Below, piece after piece: positions 59,401-64,000 of a stretch of 64,000 nucleotides of DNA (its first letter is position 1; each line of letters opens with the position of its first letter). The stretch is taken from assembly GCA_964035545.1 (NCBI GenBank), contig OZ037771.1:2615628-2679627 (forward strand), given 5' to 3'. The DNA comes from Bugula neritina. Lineage: Eukaryota; Animalia; Bryozoa. The notes beneath the pieces were generated by a model. It was given only the letters and a program-made list of their open reading frames with translations. It had not been told where the DNA came from and ran no database searches. The translations under genes were made by a program, and so were the position numbers.

Positions 59401-62400
59401 TGCAAATTATACTTGACACAGTTATTACATAATAAAGGCCTTTCCCTTGTACCCCAGGTTAGCACTGCACAAGTGTATAGAAATATAGTGATTAAATATT
59501 CATGGTTATCATAGATTTTTGCTTGAAATTAATTACCCTCACAGTTAATGGTTATTTAAGCCCACAGAGATTAGGTTATGTAATAGTAATTAAAGAGAGC
59601 AGTTTTTGCACTCAGGGCAACTGCATTGGTTCACCTGCTACCATTCTCACCCATTCTATACAGAGAAGATCGGTAGCCTATGCTCATTAAATATGCAGTG
59701 GGTGCCTACCCTACCCTACCCACCTTGGTATACTCTAGCTGCTAGAATGTCATACAATCTCAGAACCAGAGAATTACACTGAATTCCGTAATGCTTTATT
59801 CCATAACTTGTAAGCAAGTCTTGAACTTTTGATTGTTGTTTGACCCTAACATTGTTGTCTTGGTATGGTTCATAACAATGTTGGAATTTGTTTTTGAAGA
59901 TAAGAGCATGCAGAGTATTTTTCATAGTAAAGCTGTCCTGGTTTTGGCAGATATTTAAATTTCTTTTCCAAGAAGCTGAAGCAACAAAATAAACAAATTT
60001 TCATATTACCCTTCGCCTGAACCCCTTTTGCTCCCCCCCCCTTCCCCCCTAGCTACGGTCCTGATAATACTGCATGCACGTAATAGTTAAATTACTGAGC
60101 TAATTATGGATACTGCCTTACGTGACTTTAGGCTGGAATACCAGATTTTGACCAATTTCTTAGGTTGTCAAGCTGACAGTCTGAAACTGTTTACTGCTTC
60201 CACTTCCCCTTCTCGTTCTTCCCACTTAACTTCATCATAAGAAAAAGCTGCAGATTAGGTTAGAATCCAAAAGACTTTTGAGTGGACATTGCTTATAGAA
60301 TCAGCAGATATTAATGTGGAAGATGACACTATTTGCAATTAGAATAATTAATGGTTTATAACCCAAGGGCTCTTCATATTTACACAAAGCCACGTAAGGA
60401 ATGCCAAATGCAATAACTGTCTTTGTTAAGTTTCTGCGAGAGTTTTTGTTCACCACTATTTTTCAAATCACCTTTGTTGCATAACTTGATACGCTGGATG
60501 TCTGATACCTTGTTATTGTATTTCATCATTTCTATTACTTATTATTATTCAAAAAATATTAGAGCGGACATAAATAAGTACGGTGTGCCAAAGTTTTGAT
60601 AGGATTTTGACAATATCATAATTCCGTCACTCACTGGTCAAGTGAAAGTAAATTTGTTGTTTAGTTTTAAGTTTTTCGCAACATCCTAGCAGCACATGTT
60701 TTTCATCGTATTGATTCTCTCCGAGTATCCAACAAATACCATAAATAAACCATAGCCTTAATTCGATCAGGTCTGCACTCTTGGCGTGAGTTGTTTTACT
60801 TTTGCTAAATAACTTGAATATTATCCGGAATTGTCTATTAAACTATTGAAAAATAACTTGTAGAACTCTCATACCTGGCGGTTTAGCATTATTCAGATAG
60901 TTCAATGTAGAACTGGATCGGCTAGGCCCATTTTATACATAAAATAGTCCATCTTTCTGTTTAGTTTTGTGGTGGTATTGTTACCCCCAGCACTATTTTA
61001 GTATCTCCAGATTTTAGTATAGTTGTAACATTAAAGCTTTACAAGTTTGAAATATCATTTATTTCTTGGATTCAATACTCTACTCTATCTACAAAACTAT
61101 GCCCGCTGTTGCACTGGCTAATTGTTTTTGCGTATGGAAGAGGAAGGAAAAGCATTTAAAGATTAGATTTTTTATATATAAGTGAATTCCTTTCTTAAAA
61201 TCTGCCCAATTCTTTAATAGCATTTTTCTTGGTGTCTGGCTGTGGATTTGCTAAATCTCGTGCATGTCTTCTACTCTAATCCTTTTACAGAACGTGTCTG
61301 TCTGTTTGTCTGTCTTATAATTGCGAATTTGTAACTGCACACACTGAGAGGCTTGTCATGCAAGCAACAGTCATGCAAGTCCTTGTACAAGACTCCACGT
61401 TGCTATGTAGTTTAGGAAATGTTTTTCATCTGTCACTCAAAACAACCACTCTTCTGCTCCCATGCCATCTTCAACTTCGGTAAACTGATGTCTTTATAGA
61501 ACTTCCAATGGATTTAAAATTGCATAACAATTACATCAATAACATCAGTTTTTTTGCAAAAAAAATTATTTTTAGATGAATTGATGTTATGTAACATTTT
61601 GCGTATTTCCCTGAAAAAAAAAACTTGTTCACTGTGGGAAAGTTATTTTAGATACTTTCTGGCTAGTTTTTAGTAGTTTGACGTTAAAAATTGCAGCTAA
61701 TAATTTTTGTATTATATTCGTGTTTATATTTTTAGCCAAAACATCCTCTCATTAGATTCTTGATGTCTCAACAGTTTGCAGGTTTTCTGGGGGTGTGTGT
61801 CACAGCCTTGGCACTGATTAAGAGTATTTAATAGTAGAACCTAGGCTATGTTTGGCAGAACTTTGACTTGGTTGTAAATAAATTCATGCTGTTATGTAAT
61901 CGAAAAATTTAAATAAATTGAGAAGAAAGTGGTATTCCTTGGCATTATTTGTTGGCATGAAATGAATGTTGCATCTTAATTAGTTAAAGATAAATGCTGT
62001 TAAGGACAAATGGTTTACTGTGTCATGGCGTATGTTATATCATTTTCTCTGCCACTTCAAGTGTAGAACAAAACCATAGAAATGCTAGATGTCAGAATGG
62101 GATAAACTACAAAATGACCAGATTGGTTATACTCTACAAATGCCTTCCTTTTTAAACTGTAAAAGCTGGTCACTTTTTACCACCAGTTTCCATGTTTTTT
62201 GGAATTTTTATTAATAAACTTGGATTGTGGTGAATTGCATCTGAATATCTCCATCAACTTTTATATCTAACATTACCTTAATCTACAAATTGTCACTGGC
62301 ACTTTTATAAACCTTTGATTTTGTTGGTGGATTCAGCTCTGCTCATTGGACCGTGCTGTGAAATCTAAGCGAATTAGCTTGTAGCAGTGGAAACTAGTGC

Positions 62401-62514
62401 ACACCCTCCTTTACTCATTTCTGTTTATTTGCATGACAGTTGAAGAGGGAAACTGGTGCTGATGTTGGTCTCTTGCTCTCCTACACTCCTTCGGATGACG
62501 ACTTTGTAATTAAG
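41470..62514 (+). CDS. PDE2A: 5' part of a PDE2-like (cGMP-stimulated, GAF-domain) cyclic nucleotide phosphodiesterase; continues beyond the window
   Basis: Phase-compatible GT-AG exons 41470-41535, 46299-46388, 46726-46805, 47936-48054, 51123-51178, 51489-51554, 53603-53663, 57162-57220, 62440-62514 give one open frame. LLAELSSIDDNISLGQLTVVQHLKRETGADVGLLL...K resembles, from memory, the PDE2A GAF-A start ([34 protein letters not shown]...K), and GHPVAVIL resembles GAVAAVIL. The catalytic domain is not in the window. Confidence 0.7.
46841..46908 (+). promoter_or_regulatory. Candidate intronic core promoter (TATA + Inr) with a short non-coding exon
   Basis: TATAAA at 46841, CCATTC initiator-like with A46871 exactly 30 nt downstream, gtaagt donor at 46903. 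Confidence 0.4.
47627..47886. repeat. 12-bp minisatellite tactgtagt(g/a)(t/c)a, ~21 copies
   Basis: Direct reading. Confidence 0.95.
48522..48800. repeat. 20-bp minisatellite ctatattatacagtatatta, degenerate at both edges
   Basis: Direct reading. Confidence 0.9.
52841..53350. repeat. 21-bp minisatellite tagcagtatgtctagagt(a/g)ta, ~24 copies
   Basis: Direct reading; produces the MSRVYSS pseudo-ORF. Confidence 0.97.
53351..53575. repeat. Second 21-bp minisatellite agcagta(a/g)gtgtagtgtatgt, ~10 copies
   Basis: Direct reading; abuts the previous array and ends ~30 nt before a PDE2-like exon. Confidence 0.9.
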
Positions 62515-64000
62515 GTAATTCACAAACCTCTAAAATCTATCTCAACGCATTCTGTAACATATGCAAATATCTATGGGCTCTTTGGAATGTTTATTAAGTC
62601 AGTAAAGGCATGGGTAAATCTTTTTCAATATTTAATTTCATTAGCTTGCTCAACTATTTCTATTAAAGTTAATTTTGACTTGATAAGTTGTTTGATTCAA
62701 CTTTTATTCAAAATATCGCAAGAAAAAAAATCGAAACTGAATATTTTGACCTACTAAGGTTGTTACAAAACTTAATTACGTGTCTGAAACCCTATTTATT
62801 GACCATAAAAGAAAAGTAAAAATTATATCACTGCTCACTAGCTCCATGTTTCTGAGGCTGTCATACTTAGTAACAAATATCTGTAGCCTGCCAAGCAGTT
62901 TGACATGTGTCGCATGGTTCTTGTCACTCTGTCTCCATGTCATCTCTTGTCACATTTTTATTTCAGATTACATATTTTATAAACCCAATTTTATTGTAAT
63001 CCTAAACAACCTGCTTTCTAATTAGTTCATAGTCTGAATGCTTGGAGTCAGCCATTTTTATTTTATTAATAATTCCATCTTATCCAGACCAGTTACCGTA
63101 ATATCATATCAAGTATGACGTAAAGCATTGCTTAACCATCCAAATATATTATAAACCATCTTGTGTCATGTGATGTGTAGGTTACCAGGATATATTTTAC
63201 TGCATTTCAGTGAATTCTTAAAGGAATGTGATTTTATTTCAGATATAAATATTTTTACCAATTTTAATTACTTAGTGGTTATTTGAATTTCTTGTTTATC
63301 TAATTTCATTAAAGCTCAACTATGATGTATTTTTAGCAAATCCTTGTCTGTAGCATATATACAAGTGTGTCACTGTGTTACCTTGTGGCAATCTATAATG
63401 GTAGTTCTGTTGACCAGTCTGTCACTTGGATTATATTCTAGCATATTCTATAGCATTCCTCCCACCTTGTCTGGTATCCATCTCTTCACCATTTTCTCAC
63501 CTTGATTATATCGGTCATCTTCTAACTTTTCAGCTGGCATGTCTACAGATTGTGATAGTAAAATATTTGATCTCTTTAAGCCCACAGTTTCCTAATCCTC
63601 ACATTCTTTAGGTCATGATTTAAGGACTTGACAGTCTTGTTGTTGTACAAGTGCTGCCCAACGGCTTTTATACACAGATCTTTTTCTTATCTATTCTTTT
63701 TCCTAAAATTGATTGGAAATTTACTCACAGTTTAAAGTCATATTGAAAGAGCTTAAAGGATGATTTGTTTTAGTCTCCGCTTATGTGTGGCATTTTTAAG
63801 CAAATGTTTTTTAGTTATGTGTGTGTTATAATGTACTTATATCTGTTAAACAGATTGTTGTTTAACAACTTTTGAAATTGAAATATCTTTTTTTGTTGTA
63901 GATCTATTGTTAATACCATGTTTCGACTTTGGTATTTTGTCATGTTTATGTAATAACTACAATTATGAGTTGTAGTTACTTGTATTTTTTGAAAAACAAG

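Noticed and set aside
57600-63640. Scattered fragments resembling decayed LINE RT or hAT ends (e.g. ~58700-58830, ~60030-60063, ~63440-63500)
   Set aside because: Too degenerate to support boundaries or family by eye.

Overview
AT-rich, intron-containing animal (invertebrate-like) genomic DNA. The core is a head-to-head pair of intact 9-exon clan-4 cytochrome P450 genes: CYP-A on the minus strand (21515-16684) and CYP-B on the plus strand (31048-39100), plus a relic of a third copy (~15833-16180). Their shared ~2.1 kb promoter region has been split by a young 7440-bp Ty3/gypsy LTR retrotransposon (22211-29650, minus strand) with identical 305-bp LTRs, an ATAT target-site duplication (TSD) and a tRNA-Leu primer-binding site (PBS). 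In the env position this element carries a 357-aa ORF that looks like a nuclear regulator rather than an envelope: acidic N-terminus, two C2H2-like zinc fingers, a PxVxL motif, a basic patch and a coiled coil. Its LTRs carry a perfect 10+2+10 palindrome. This pairing is the best candidate for an undescribed system. Also present: a fold-back derivative of an ISL2EU/PHIS-type DNA transposon with ~880-bp inverted arms (5800-9290); a Harbinger-type MITE and a 5'-truncated LINE inside CYP-B intron 4; the 5' part of a PDE2-like GAF-domain phosphodiesterase gene built from small exons (~39.8-62.5 kb, continuing past the window); the start of an unknown minus-strand gene at the left edge; and several micro- and minisatellites. 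All calls are from reading the sequence by eye; no database search was run.
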